A stretch of 64,000 bases of DNA from the human T2T-CHM13v2.0 reference genome, Homo sapiens. The stretch is from assembly GCF_009914755.1 (NCBI RefSeq), contig NC_060934.1. One strand, written 5' to 3'. A model generated the notes under the pieces. It did no database searches, had not been told where the DNA came from, and worked only from the letters and a program-made list of their open reading frames with translations. Numbering within the stretch: the stretch's first letter is position 1; each line of letters starts with the position of its first letter. Positions 17,464 through 38,798 of this stretch are shown here, piece after piece. The translations under genes were made by a program, and so were the position numbers.

Positions 17464-18763
17464 GGAGTATTTCAAGCATAACACATATGCAAACATATTT
17501 AGAAGTAGAGTCTAGTATGATGAACCTTTTAAGTATCCATCTCCCAGGTTCAACAATCATCAATTCTCTACCAATCTCATTTCATCTGTATCCCCATCCA
17601 CTCCCCCTCCTCTCCTGTATTATTCTGAAGCAAACCTCAGACCTTATATCCTTTCACCTGTAAACATCTGATCTATCTCCAAAGATAAAGACTCTGTTTT
17701 AACATAACCACAATAACATTATTACACCTTAAAATGTTGATCAATAATATCCAGTCAGTATTCAGATTTGCATTGTCTCATAAATTATCTTGGTTTTATA
17801 ACAGTTTGAATCAGCATTCAAATAAGGTCCTCAGAGTCACTGATATTTAAACCACCTTCCTAGGAGGTGGGCTAACAATCTCAGCATCTTTTTTCTCCCT
17901 CTGGTGGAGTTGAACACTAGATTACTTCACTCACTGAAATTGACTGTGGGAGTGGGGGTTTGAGGATTTCTGAACTGCTCTGAATGATAGGAATTTAAAG
18001 TGGATGGAGGGAGATCTTAGTGGGAGGGAAGGAGTGAAAAAGAGAGACAGCAGAGGTAAGGTGAAGAGAGGAGCCAAGAGGAAGATGGTGGATCCAGGAG
18101 TCTCAAGGCCACGGTGAAAGGAGCCTGCGGAAAGGCGGTGAGGTGGCTTAAACAGTGGTGGGGAGAGGCTAGCTGGCAGACTTTTAAGAACAAGGAAGTC
18201 TAATGTGCAACTGTACATGCCCTACACATCAGCCACCTAGAAACTTTCACTTTCCAAACACAGTAAGTGCTGTGAAGCCTCCACACTGTTCCTTCCACTA
18301 AAAATACCCTCTTGCCTCTCATCCTAGCTCTTCATCCTGGAGAACTCCTATGCATTCTTCAAAAGCCAGTACAGATATCCATACCTCCATGAAGACCTCT
18401 CTGATTCCTCCCCCACGAGGTTGGCTTGCTCCTTTATCTACAACTCTATAAGGCTTTGAACATGTTTCTACTATAGCACTTCTCAAATTGCCCTGTCATT
18501 ATCTACATGCATGTCCGAGTCCGCCACTAAACTATGGGCTCTTTGAGGGAAGGGGCAATATTGGTTCATCTTTTTATCCTGAGTCCCTACCGCAGTGCCT
18601 GGCACATTCAATAAATGCTTACTGAATGAAAGAAAATTAGAAGAGGAGGAAGAGAAGAAGAAAAGGGAAGAGAAAGCAAAGACAAGATCAAAACAAGAGG
18701 AGAAAGAAGAAAAGGAAGCAGGAAAGGAAGATATAAATAAGACAAACAGCTGACCTTAGCAAG

Positions 18764-19194
18764 TGTTAAAGCAAACTAAACATGGCCTGAGAAGGATTCT
18801 GTACTTGTATATTTGAGTCCTTGTGGACAAACCGTAACCTAGCTTAATAGGCGGACAAAATTGAAAACCTAACTTACTAGTATGTACCTGTAACAGTGGT
18901 TGAGTGTTGGCCAATCCCAGCAGCCATACTTCAGCCACTCATAGACTGCTGAGTGTTCAAACTGTGTTCAAATAAGGCAAACGTGGAGCTGGAACCAATA
19001 CAGCTGTTCTGTACCTCACTTCTAATTTCTGTACATCATTTCCCTTTTTTTGTCTATAAATTTTCTTCCACCACGTGGCTGCACTGGAGTCTCTGTGAAT
19101 CTGCTATGATTCTGGGGTCTGCCCAATTCATGAATCATTCATTGCTCAGTTAAACTCCTTTAAATTTAATCTGGCTGAAGTGTTTCTTTTATCA
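18764..19194 (+). mobile_element. Solo ERV1 LTR, MER57-like
   Basis: TG...CA termini with perfect 4-bp TSD caag (18760-18763, 19195-19198); two CCAAT boxes and TATAAA. Confidence 0.85.
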
Positions 19195-19293
19195 CAAGGC
19201 AGAACAGGCCAGTGTGATCTCCAGGTTGCAACACCAAAGTGAAATTAGGCCTTCAGGAATGTTTCCTTGGCCAGTACAGTATATAGTGTATAG

Positions 19294-19576
19294 CTTTTTT
19301 TTTTTTTATTAGACAGAGTCTCCCTCTGTCCCCTATGCCAGAATACAGTGTTGCAATCACAGCTCACTGCAGCCTCAACCTCTGGGTTCAAATGATCCTC
19401 CCACCTCAACTGAGACTACAGTCATGCACCACCATGCCTGGCTAATTTTTTTTTTAATGTTTTATAGAGAGAGGGTCTCACTATGTTGCCCAGGCTGGTC
19501 TTGAACTCCTGGGCTCAAGCAATCCTCTTTCCTTGGCCTCCCAAAGTGATTACAAGTGTGAACCACCACACCTGGC
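19294..19576 (-). mobile_element. AluJ
   Basis: Antisense dimer with poly(T). Confidence 0.9.
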
Positions 19577-20024
19577 CTCAGTACATCATTTTTTAATTTT
19601 TAATTTAGTGATCAAAATGTAAGAATCATATAAAAATCCAAATTTCTAGCTTCTCAAACAAAAATAGAACTGCCTAGCCCAGCCTATCCTGGGCCTAGCC
19701 TCCTCCCTAGTAACTACTGGCTGGATCAAAACATGCTTTTTCTAGGTTACCACACAGTCCCCACCACTTCCTACTGTAGCCCCAGCATGTGGGTTGAGTA
19801 TCATCGGCCACTTATCATGTTTGTGCTCCTGGTTCTCTCATAATTGGCCTACCTCACTCATTTACTTTACCCACCTGGCTCTTATAAACATTAGCTTGTC
19901 AACTTTGTCTCAGGCAATCTGCTCCTCCCAGATGCCCTACAGTTATAAAAGATAATGGTAATGATTATTGTAAAGCTGCACTGTCCTATAGAAGTTACTG
20001 AGATGATGGGAATGTTCTATAATC

Positions 20025-20825
<801 letters not shown>

Positions 20826-20894
20826 TCCAGAAAATGGGAAAGTGATGAAAAAATAGTTTTAGTGACTCTCTAATTTTCTTTCCCAGCTGCTGCT

Positions 20895-21780
20895 TGCGTT
20901 GGTCCATTTGTGCCATTATAACAAAATGCCACAGACTGGGTGGTTTACAAATAACAGAAATTTATTTCTTACAGTTCTGGAGGCTGGGAAGTCCACCACT
21001 ATAGGTTTGGTGTTTGGTGGGGGCCCGGTCTCTGCTTCCAAGATGGTTCCTTGTTGCTGCATCCTTAGGTGGGAGGAACACTGTGTCCTCGCATGGCTGA
21101 AGGAAGGGGAGAGCAAGAAGGCAAACTCTCTCTGAAGCCCCTTTTATAAGGGCATTCATACATACATGAGGGTAGAGCCTTAAGGACTCTTAACCACAGA
21201 ACCAACCCAATCAGGTTCTACTTTGTGTGATAAAATGGTGAGTTGTTTTTCAATTGCCATGGACCCCCAGGTTGCAAGTTAAATAACCTCATCATGCTCA
21301 GATGAACCAAGCATGCAACCACAGGTGGAACCTAAGTGCTCAGACCAAGGAACCAGGACTGAATTAAGAAGCAAGCACATCATGGCATGATCCATGATCC
21401 AATCAGATCAAGCCCTGGCCTCACCCCATGGCATGATCCAGTCAGATCACACCTCCCAGCCTCATCTCATGGCAAGATCTAATCATATCATGCCTTATTA
21501 CCCTCTGCCTATAAAATCTGCCCCAGCTCCCAGGTTGGAGAGACAGATTTTAGCATTGCCTCCGATCTCCTTACCAGTTGACTTACAATAAGGCCTTTCT
21601 TTTCTCAAAAGCCAGTGCCACAGTATTGGCTTCTATGGGTGTCGGGCAGCAAGCCCATTGCTTGCTCTATAACAACTTAATCACTTCCCGAAAGGCTTCA
21701 CCTCCTAATATCACCACAATGGAAACTAAATTTCCACAAGAATTTTGCAGAGGACATCACATTCAAACTACTAGCACTAC
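20895..21780 (-). mobile_element. MST/MLT1A-type LTR with a nested + strand ERV1-type LTR (about 21190-21674)
   Basis: MaLR motifs stop at catgagggtagagcct and resume at taatcacttcccgaaagg; insert has CCAAT repeats, TATAAAA and ends ataaca. Confidence 0.75.
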
Positions 21781-21785
21781 TAGCA

Positions 21786-22244
<459 letters not shown>

Positions 22245-23060
22245 CTATAGCACTACTATTAACAGCTAATATTTTGTGTCCTACACAAAGGTAGTTGCCA
22301 TCTCCATTTTACAGATTTACAGATAAGGAAACTGAGGCACAGGGAGGTTAATGAACTTGCCTAACATCACACTGCTCGTAAGTGCCATCCCCAGAGCTAC
22401 CCTCTTCGCCAACACACTTTACACCATGAACAATGTGTGTTTTGCCAGTAGCGGCCTTGCTGTGATAAAGAAACTCCCTGAGTCCTTGAATTTAGACCTG
22501 AAAATAACTTTTTAAATCAGTCAGTCTGATTTTGATTCACAATTTTCCTAGTTTAATTTTATATTTCCTCATTTTACAAGGGAGGAAACAGATTCAAAGA
22601 AGGGACTTGCCTAACACTACACAGCTATTTCTCTTTAAGGATTGTTTGATGAACAACCTTCACATCAAATGATTGACAGCTTCTATTTCTAACATTTTCT
22701 GTCCCACCTTGTTTGAACACTATTGGAATTTCTAAAACAGTATTTTTAGCTAGCTGCTACTAGTGGAGACACATCACTCTCCCTCTACACGCACACACTG
22801 CGGAATCTTTTGTCCTTCATAGGCCCAGGTGTTTCTTTTTTGAAGCTTGGGGAGGAAAGGCATTTGCAAGGGAACAAGATGAGAGAGGAGGGAGATGGTC
22901 AGAGAAAGCTAGGACTGTGCTCCCTACCAGGCCCGACAGTCAGGATCTGTGGCCGCATGGTTAAAGGGTGAGTTCCAGACACAGAGAAACTGTTCAAGAG
23001 AAGTCTGGCGAGAAGGAAGCTGCCAGGAGAGGGGACCGCCTTTCTTCCACCAGCAGGTAC

Positions 23061-23079
23061 TCAGCAGCAGGGGGCGCTC
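23061..23079 (+). promoter_or_regulatory. Candidate CTCF binding motif in a locally GC/CpG-richer unique segment
   Basis: tcagcagcagggggcgctc closely matches the CTCF core CCASYAGRKGGCRS. Confidence 0.6.
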
Positions 23080-23366
23080 CAAGATGGAGCTGAGGATCAG
23101 AGAATTAGGGCAGAGACAGGGACCGCCCTAGGTCATAGACCCGTTTGGGAGCTCAAGCGAAGTGCACCTCGGGTCATGGCGACTCCTAAAAATAACAGGT
23201 GACACGGAAGAGGGAGAGCCACCAAGATATTAATCATTTCACCTACAGCTTGTATCGTTTAAGCCACCATGATCCTCAACCTTAGTGGCACGTTAGAATT
23301 ACCTGAGATTTGTAAAATTCCTACCCAGAAACATGAAATCTGGGGTTGGTGGAGTGGGGTGGTATT

Positions 23367-24557
<1,191 letters not shown>

Positions 24558-26609
24558 CACTGGTGAGAAGCAGCGTTTTCATATTCCCCATTGAATCCAA
24601 GGTTGAGAACCAGTGGTTTAAGAAAAAAAAAAAAAATAGAATGAAAAAAATGTTTTCCATTCTATTGTGGTTTTTAAAATGTAACAAAAGCTACATTGAA
24701 ATGAGATTAGTTGTGAGATTCAAACAAGTTATATCAGGAAATGCTTTGGAAATTATTATTAAAGGTAGTAGTTACTGCTGGTATTATTATTAGACCTAGT
24801 TTAGAGCCTCATTTCCAGCTCTAATGAACTGGAAAGTATTTACTATAGAAATTTCACCCTTGTCTTTAAAGGTGGGATGCTGTCTAGAATAGCATCAAAC
24901 TCAGCTGAATGTGAAAAGATAATTGAGGTGTTTGGGGCTGTTGTATATAGATGTACCTAATTAAGTATAATCTTTCCCTTTCTGTCTCTGTCCTTTTACT
25001 TAAAAGACTAGTAAGAAAGGACGAGTTATTAGAAAGGAATGATGGAGAAAACATATCCTCTTTCTCTGCCTTCCATGTCCCTGACAATCCTCAACTTCCA
25101 CTTTTGGCCTACAAATTCCTTGCCAGTTCCCACAGTGTCCTGGCTCCCACCCAAGGTCCTAAACTGGCCAAATTTGGGGCTAGTCCTTGACCAAGATCCT
25201 GTGTTCTACAAAGGGGAGATCCTTTTATCTAGCCACAGGTAGAAGAAACTGTATCAGGGAGCGCAAGTAATTTGCCCTAAGTCCCACAGTAGTTTAGAAC
25301 CAGAGAAAGATGCACTTCTTCACAAACCTCTCTTAAATTCCACAGATAACTTAAGAAATAATCAAGGCAAAAATATTGGAAGAAACAAAAGAGGCCAGGT
25401 GGGAGGAGAAAGGGTAAGAATGAACTGCCTGATGCAAAATATTCTCCCACTGTGAGGCTGAGTTGCCACAGAGAGCTGAGAAGTAATAATACTGTGGACA
25501 AGGCCACACTGATGCATATCACAGAACCGGAAATTGAAGGGAATTGAAGCCTTTCATTGTGAGACATTTCATCATTTTCTCAGTAATTGCATCAGTTTTA
25601 CAATTTCTTCCATCACTGACTCCCCAGTAGTCCTGGCAACTCCCGTCTGTGGTGTAGAAGTGGCAAGTAATGGTGTTTGCCTCCAGGAAATTAAAGACTC
25701 CTCTCAATAACTGTATTAGTCATCAATGCTTGCTGCTGTGATTGATCTTGTAACCACCATCAGATCTGGGCAGCGAAAGGATATGAAAATTCATAAGCAG
25801 GAAAACAACCTTATCTTCTCCTTATGCAGCTCTGTGATATAGAAGGAATATCTGCAAACTCTTTTCTGTATTTCTAATTTGCTCACCAAGGAGCATATTT
25901 TTGTCAGGCTGGGAATATGTCCAGGTACTGAAAATTATTTGTATTCATTGGAAATTGTGAATTCTGCCTAGGTTTCCCAGCATTGCTCTGTTGAATTTCC
26001 CTTTACTTAAAAGAACAAAAATGTTCTAGAATTGTATTTCAACATTTCAGGATACCCAGAAGGCAAGTAGCCACAGCACTGAAAAAAAAAAAAAAAACAA
26101 AAAAGAAACCTGTTCTCCTCTCTCTCTGTGGAAGGTGCCAGAAGAAATGTGTACTCTGGTTTTATTATTGCTTTATATCTTGGGCAGTCCCTGGTATTAG
26201 GGGCTAGGAAAGATGCTGGGTAAATTATTCCATAAGCACAGTGCTTCACACTGAGCCACTCAACAAAGTCCAGTCTAGAGTGAAAAAAAATCTAAAGGCA
26301 AGAATCTCAATGAATAAGCATTGTTTCCTGGGTTTTTTAATCCAGTGGCCCTAAGATCTCTGAAACCTGTCAAATTGCACCTATTGCTTTCCTGAGAATA
26401 TGGTAATCAAATTCTAAATGCACATACATACTCTTTAATCCAGAAATTCCAGTGCTAGGCATTTATCCTACAGGTATACTTTACATAGAAGAAATACTTT
26501 TTACAAAGCTGTTCATTACAGTGCTATTTGTGATTGCAAAAAAATTGTAAATAGCTTGAAAAGGCATCAGTAGGGACAAGTTAAAAAAAAAAAAAAGAGT
26601 GTGGTTCCA

Positions 26610-27389
<780 letters not shown>

Positions 27390-28174
27390 CTACACAAATG
27401 CTAGTATATTTATCACATAATATTCTCAGGAAGTATGTGTCTCATTCAGTCAGTATCAAATATAAGAGAAAATATCTTCATTTAGAGCTGCTGATCTTAG
27501 AGGTTAATAATCATTAAGTAGAAATATATTTTCATAATGAGTTTGCCGTAGCATGAAGTTGAGCCACAATGCAAAAATAAGTGGCGTTGAAAGTGCGCTA
27601 TTCTATATATGTACACCCAATTATAGTTGTGCTGGACACACCAGGGAACTGAACTGAATTATTGAAGAAACGTCCTGTTTTCTTCTTACTTTCCATTCAA
27701 AAGACTGCATTATCACAGCACAGTCCCCTCCCTTTTTATACTTTGAGTTCAGGGGAGTATTTTTAAGTGTTTAAGTTTAAAAGGTCTGCTACTAAGTTAA
27801 ATGGGATCAAGTATATAAAGTGCTTAGTACAAGCCTGCCCCACCATAAACCTCCTTTAAAGTGGAGCAATGTCTCTTTTTCATGTTGGAGGCTTCAGGCA
27901 TTATGGAAGAGAAAAGTAAACAAGAGCTGGTGCTCAATCTTGTCGACAATTGGGAAATGAGTCTGTAACAAAAATAGAGTGGAACGTGGGAGTGAAGTGT
28001 TTTTGCCTTTGACAAGTCATTAAAAGTCATCAGTGTTATAAATCAGACAGTCTGGGGAAAGAGAAAAAAAATAAATAAAACCCTGATTCTTAGATTCAAA
28101 AATTCACTTGTTCAATATGGTATTTATTTGGGTGCCTACATAGGTGAGGCAGGCATTATAACAGGCAATTGTTG

Positions 28175-29013
28175 CCTTTTGGCGGGAACCGCTCTCTTCC
28201 AGTAATTCGCCAAAATAACAAACACAAAGGGAAAGAGGAGAGGCACCCATAGATGTTCTCTAGGCCTTTTAGAAAACATGGACTTGTTCCTTTGACCCCG
28301 TATATGCGAATCTATTAGAAAGGTGACATTGTATGCATAAGGGAATGGGTACTGTTCAAAAAGGAATGCCCCGCAAGTGTTACCAGGGCAAAACCGGAAG
28401 AGTCTACAGTGTTACTGCATGCTGTTGGCATTGTTATAAACACACGAGTTAAGGGCAAGATTCTTGCCAGGAGAATTAATGTATGTATTGAGCACATTAA
28501 ACACTCTAAAAGCCGAGATAGCTTCCTGAAACGCATGAAGGAAAATGATCAGAAAAAGAAGGAAGCCAATGAGAAAGGTTCCTGGGTTCAACTGAAGCGC
28601 CAGCCTGCTCCAGCCGGAGAAGTGTACTTTGTGGGAACCAATGGGAAGGCGCCTGAGCTGCTGGAACCTATTCCCTATGAATTCATGGCATAATAGGTGT
28701 GAAAAATAATAAAAGACCTCTGAAATGTAAAAATGTTCCTCTTCATTGAGTAGAAGTGTGGTGTCCCTTCCCCCAAAGAAATATTTAAAGCAAATTTTAA
28801 TCGTGTCCTAATTCACTGTGTAACGTCTTTACTATTCAAATTTAATGTATTTCTTGCTGAAAGATGTGAGGTGGCTTATTGTGCAACAAATTACTCAATT
28901 GGTTACAAAATAGCCAGATATTATTTATGGCTGGTTTGAAGATAGTCCCTCTAAATCACCATGGAAGAAACAAAATAATTTACAAAAATTTAAGTTAAAA
29001 AAAAAAAAAAAAA
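28175..29013 (+). pseudogene. RPL21P: Processed pseudogene of ribosomal protein L21 (eL21)
   Basis: Intronless RPL21-like 5'UTR; start codon mutated to ATA (28215-28217); indel near 28249; TAG at 28316-28318; ORF 28409..28693 gives [39 protein letters not shown]...[13 protein letters not shown]; A-tail 28997-29013. Confidence 0.96.
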
Positions 29014-29018
29014 CAGGT

Positions 29019-29361
29019 GGCCGGGGGCGGTGGCTCATGCCTGTAATCCCAGCACTTTGAGAGGCTGAGGCAGGTGGATCACCTGAGATCAGGAGTTTGA
29101 GACCAGACTGGTCAACATGGTAAAACCCTGAGTAACTACTAAAAATACAAGAATTAGCCAGTCGTGGTGGCGGGCACCTGCAATCCTAGCTACTCTGGAG
29201 CACCTGCAATCCTAGCTACTCAGGAGGCTGAGCCAGGGAGAATTGCTTGAACCCTGGAGGCGGAGGTTGCAGTGAGCCGAGACTGTGCCACTGTACTCCG
29301 GCCTGGGCAACAGAGAGAGACTCCGTCTCAAAAAAATAAAAATAAATAAATAAATAAATAA
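29019..29361 (+). mobile_element. Alu with a 26-bp internal tandem duplication, directly after the RPL21 pseudogene tail
   Basis: gcacctgcaatcctagctactc(t/a)gga twice (29174-29225). Confidence 0.92.
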
Positions 29362-29486
29362 GCTACAATGATTGGAAGGACATGACATCTAAATAACAGA
29401 CAGCCCTTTATACTGAATAAATTTAGCTTTTTAAAGGACACTGCCTGTGGGGGAGGGGAGTGGGAAAAAAATGGAAAACAAAGTTG

Positions 29487-29850
29487 TTGTCTTAGTCCAC
29501 TGGGCTACTTAACAAAATACCATAAACTAGGTAGCTTATAAAAAACAATATTTTGTTTCTCACATTTCTGGAGACCCGGAAGTCCAAGATCAGGGCAGAT
29601 TCATTATCTGGTAAGGCCCCACTTTCTGGCTTACAGATGGTGACTTCCTGCTGTGTCCTCACATGGTGGAAGGAATGCAAGGGGTCTCTCTCTCTCAATC
29701 CTCTTTCATAAGAGCACTAATCCCATTCATGAGGGTGAGCCCGCATGACATAATCACCTCCCAAAGGCGTCACCTCCTAATACCATCACCTTGGGTGTTA
29801 GGATTTCAACATGTGAATTTGGGAGGAACATAAACATTCAGGCCACAGCA
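29487..29850 (-). mobile_element. MST/MLT1A-type MaLR LTR
   Basis: tgtcttagtcc...aaacattcaggccacagca termini. Confidence 0.85.
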
Positions 29851-30084
29851 CTTACTATACTCTTATCTTTCTCAGTGTGCTGTAGCCCAGTGAAAACTCT
29901 GTCACTGACTAAGGAACCTCTACTCTAAAATCCTTTTTTTTCTTTATTTTTCATTCACTTGTTTGCAAGCTAAAAAGTAAATATAGACTACATGTTTTCA
30001 TCAATAATTCCAACCTAAAGAAGTTCTATTACCTAACAGGTTCATTTTCATAGTTAGAATGTAATTTATAAATTTATCATTTGC

Positions 30085-31134
<1,050 letters not shown>

Positions 31135-31342
31135 TCTCCCCACGGGGTTCAGACAAGTAATTTCACATTTCATTGTAAGTCAAGGGTAAGAAAACATTTT
31201 TTGTACATCCATCACTAATAGAGATCACAGTATGTCAATGAAATATTTAAATACACTGTACAGAGATTGCTTTTTAATGGATTTCTATAAGTAGTATTAA
31301 TAGGAAAAAGCATATAATACAATCTACTCTGTATCTAAGAGC

Positions 31343-31353
31343 TTTAATTTATT
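31343..31353 (-). terminator. Proximal poly(A) signals (overlapping AATAAA and ATTAAA)
   Basis: + strand tttaatttatt within the 3'UTR. Confidence 0.5.
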
Positions 31354-31557
31354 CAAATATTGGAAGAAATTCATCTTCTGAATTTTTCTTATTTAAAAAG
31401 CATTATGAGAACTGATTCAAGGATGGAGGAATCAATTAGTACTCAGCAATTCACAGACATGACATAAACATGACATTTTTAAGACATAAACAAAGACTGC
31501 ATGTTGGCAGCATAGGGGACAGTCTTGCTCTTCCTCATTTTTTGAAGCAGAGATATT

Positions 31558-31652
31558 TCATATTTCATAGTTTCTGAACTTCCTCAGGAGTTCTGAGGGA
31601 GCATCCTTGGACCAGCGGAAACGAAGGTGCCAACCATTCACATCTGCAAAAC
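31558..31652 (-). CDS. DNAJC12: DNAJC12 last coding exon (exon 5)
   Basis: Minus strand after acceptor ttcctttaaag|GT reads (G)FADVNGWHLRFRWSKDAPSELLRKFRNYEI-TGA (stop 31558-31560); 95 nt; phase matches the exon 4 donor. Confidence 0.97.
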
Positions 31653-32201
31653 CTTTAAAGGAAAGAAAGTAAATATTTAAAATCAGAAGTAGGAAAAGTC
31701 GATCTTGTTATAGTAAAACAGCTTGGGGATAATATTTCACTGCAGCAGGTACAATGTAAGGGTAAGACTTTGGTATGAATTATTAACATCTTAGAGAAAT
31801 GGATTAACTTAAACAGACTGGAATTCTTATGAACACGAATTACAATTTATATGGATGATAAGACCTCACATGCTTAAATACTTAATAAGAGGAAATACAT
31901 AGATGCCTCTGGTGGTGGGGAATTTGACAATTCACATGCAAAGAAATTTGAAACAAATTACACAGTTTTCAAAAACCTTTCAAAAGTTAAAAGTCAATGG
32001 CAAAAGGATCGCTTGAAATACAAGTACTATAATTGAATTCCATGGTAATAAGATTTTTTTTTAGTTATAATAAACAACATTGTTGAAAACCAGAGGAAAA
32101 GAAGGTAATTTTCCTTCCCTACTAGAAGTATGAATTAGCAAAACCCCTCTGGCAGGCAATTTGGCAATATTTATCAAACTCGTTAAAATGTATAAACCTT
32201 T

Positions 32202-33508
<1,307 letters not shown>

Positions 33509-34046
33509 AATTTTCATTTTTTATACTCTTTTTTGTTTATCTGTACTTTCTTATTTTTCTGCAATAAACATCTATGCTTTTTGTCTTTTTATGTTAATAA
33601 TATTGCTAATGAAAAAGCAGGTTACAGAATAATATATAAAATACACTTCCATTGATATTTTAATATAGTATATAAATATGTAGTCAGAAAAAGCATATAC
33701 AGAATAGTTAACAATGGTTATCTCAGAAAAACAGATTACACTGACACTTTTTAAAGAATTATTGGAGAAAACAAATCTGAAGAATTTTCATTTGGGGAAA
33801 AAGCAAAAAGGAAATTGTTTCTGATTGCTATAATTGTTCCTATAATTAAAACTTACTCACAAAATATGTACAGTATGATCCTTTTAGATATACTAACACA
33901 AATGAAAATATACCAAAATATCGATAATACATATTTCTCTAAATGATAAAATTATGAGTTATATGTTCTTCCTTTTGCTTGATTATATTTTCTCACATTT
34001 TATATAGTAAGTAAGTGTCATTTTTGTTTAAAAAGATGTAGTTTCT

Positions 34047-36607
<2,561 letters not shown>

Positions 36608-36724
36608 TCCACTTCATTCTTAAACAATAGCATACATATCACAATATGAAGACATCAAAACTGGCATCACAATTTGTTCTGAGTAAATTATATGTGAAAA
36701 TTGATTATATGAATTGGCATTATC

Positions 36725-37113
36725 TGTTATTACCCAAGTAAATTAGAGCCGAGAACCAGGGAGAGGAAAAGAAAAGCACTCAGGACACAAATGCCTACCC
36801 AAGAATTCTATCACAAGCCAGCTGCCGAAATGACCTGCCTTGCCTCTAAGGCTAGTTTTACCTATTGCCATCACTCACCAATTACAGCTTGCTAGCTCCC
36901 AGAACTTTGCTAGTGCCAATGAGTTTTCTTTCATAACAATATGTAACATTTCTCTTTCTAATAAAACCCCCAACATTTTATTTGTTCTTCAGACACACCA
37001 AAGACCATCCCATCTGTGTGTATGCCTTGAATTGCAATGTAGTTTTTATATATTTTCCCAAGTAAAATGTTTTACATAGAGATTCGAATCTATATTTTTG
37101 TTTGACTTTGACA
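36725..37113 (+). mobile_element. Solo ERV1-type LTR (family not determined)
   Basis: TG...CA termini, imperfect 4-bp TSD tatc/taac, CCAAT boxes. Confidence 0.6.
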
Positions 37114-37278
37114 TAACATATATCTACACTGTGGAATGTTATCAGCTGTTAAAAAGCAGGAATTCATTCTGAATGTAAGGATTTAAAGAGAAGTCTCTTA
37201 ATAATAAAAGTTAACACTAAAAAAAGTGTTTACAATGTGCCTGGTATTGGTCTAAATATTTTACGTATATTAAGTTAT

Positions 37279-37317
<39 letters not shown>

Positions 37318-37582
37318 CAGGATCTCATTCTGTCACCCAGGCTGGAGTACAGTGGTGCAATCGCAGCTCACTGCAGCCTCAACATCCCCCCCCACACACA
37401 CACCCGGGCTCAAGTAACGGGATTACAGGCACGCACCACCACTCCTGGCTAATTTTCATATTTTTTTTTAGGATGGTTTCACCATGTTGCCCAGGCTGGT
37501 CTCAAACTCCCGGCCTCAAGCAATCCGCCCACCTCACCCTCCCTAATTGCTAGGACTACAGGTGTGAGCCACTGCGCCTGGA
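37279..37582 (-). mobile_element. AluJ whose tail has become (TG)n
   Basis: (tg)n directly joined to acaggatctcattctgtcacccaggc. Confidence 0.85.
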
Positions 37583-38798
37583 CAATTAAGTTATTTACTC
37601 CTCAAAAAAAAAAATTTTATGAGGTAGACACTAATATTTTGACCATTATATAACTAAGAAGACATAGATGCAGAGGGGTTAACTAGCTTGTCCAAGGTCA
37701 TACAACTCATCAGTGAAAAGCTGAGCCCACATTCTTAACCACTGCGTAACACAGAGAAATGTGTACAGTATAACCCCATTCTTTACTTTTAAAGCTCTCA
37801 TAAGTGCACATATACACACCTGTGTTAGCATAGAGAATAGTGGAAGGAAACACACCTGAGTGTCAGCCTTGGTTACTTCAAGAAACAGAAGCAGAGAAGG
37901 TTGGCAACCTGGCTATATATGATTCTTTGAATTTTTTAACAGCAAGTCTATACTACTTTTGTTTTTATTCAGTATCTAAATTACTATTTTTTTAAAAAGA
38001 AGGAAAATTTCGTAGAATCCTATGAGAGGGGCTCAAGAGGCCTCAGCATCATGCCTGAGTCTCTGAAGTGTCTCCCACCCACACTACACCTAATTTTGGT
38101 GTGCACAGACTTGGTCTGAATCTGACAGAAACAGAAAGACTTGGGGAACCCCCAGGGGTTCAAGAAACACAGAACTGAACATTCATCGTGTTTACATGTA
38201 GGGGAGTGATTGTACTCCTGTGTTTGCTTAAAACACTGTTTTTCTACACTTCAGGCTTCTCCTTTGATCAGTTTGTTAAATTATAACCATTTCCAGTTAC
38301 TGGGTGATGCAATCAATGTGCAGACTCCACAGCCATCTCTTGGGTAACCAACAGAGACATCTGAATCAAACTCTATGGATCTTCATTCCCAGCAAGAAGA
38401 GAAGATGTAAAAGTTCTCCCCAAAGAGAGATTTGAAGTGACTATTTCTCAAAAGACTATAATCCACCACAAGCCATCTAACTATCTTCTTTTGAATACAA
38501 GTGTTCTAGGGTGTTCAGGAACGTTCTGCTTAAAGGCTAAATTCTAATAGGGTGCTACATCACAACCCTGAGAATCAACACATAATAATTTGAAGGACAG
38601 TTACAATGTGTGTATACAATGTGTGTATATACAACACATCCAAACTAGTTGGATGGCTAGATAGATAGCCAGCCAGATAGACAAATGATACAAACAGGTA
38701 ACATTTACCTAGGGCTTCCTAGAGGTGAACCGCTGTGCTAAGCATTTTTTATGTATCTCCCCATTTAATCCTCATGGTAACCCTATAAGAAGGTACTA

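Noticed and set aside
28409-28693. 94-aa RPL21-like ORF as a functional gene
   Set aside because: Start codon lost, upstream indels and a stop, no introns; the ORF begins at a non-ATG codon
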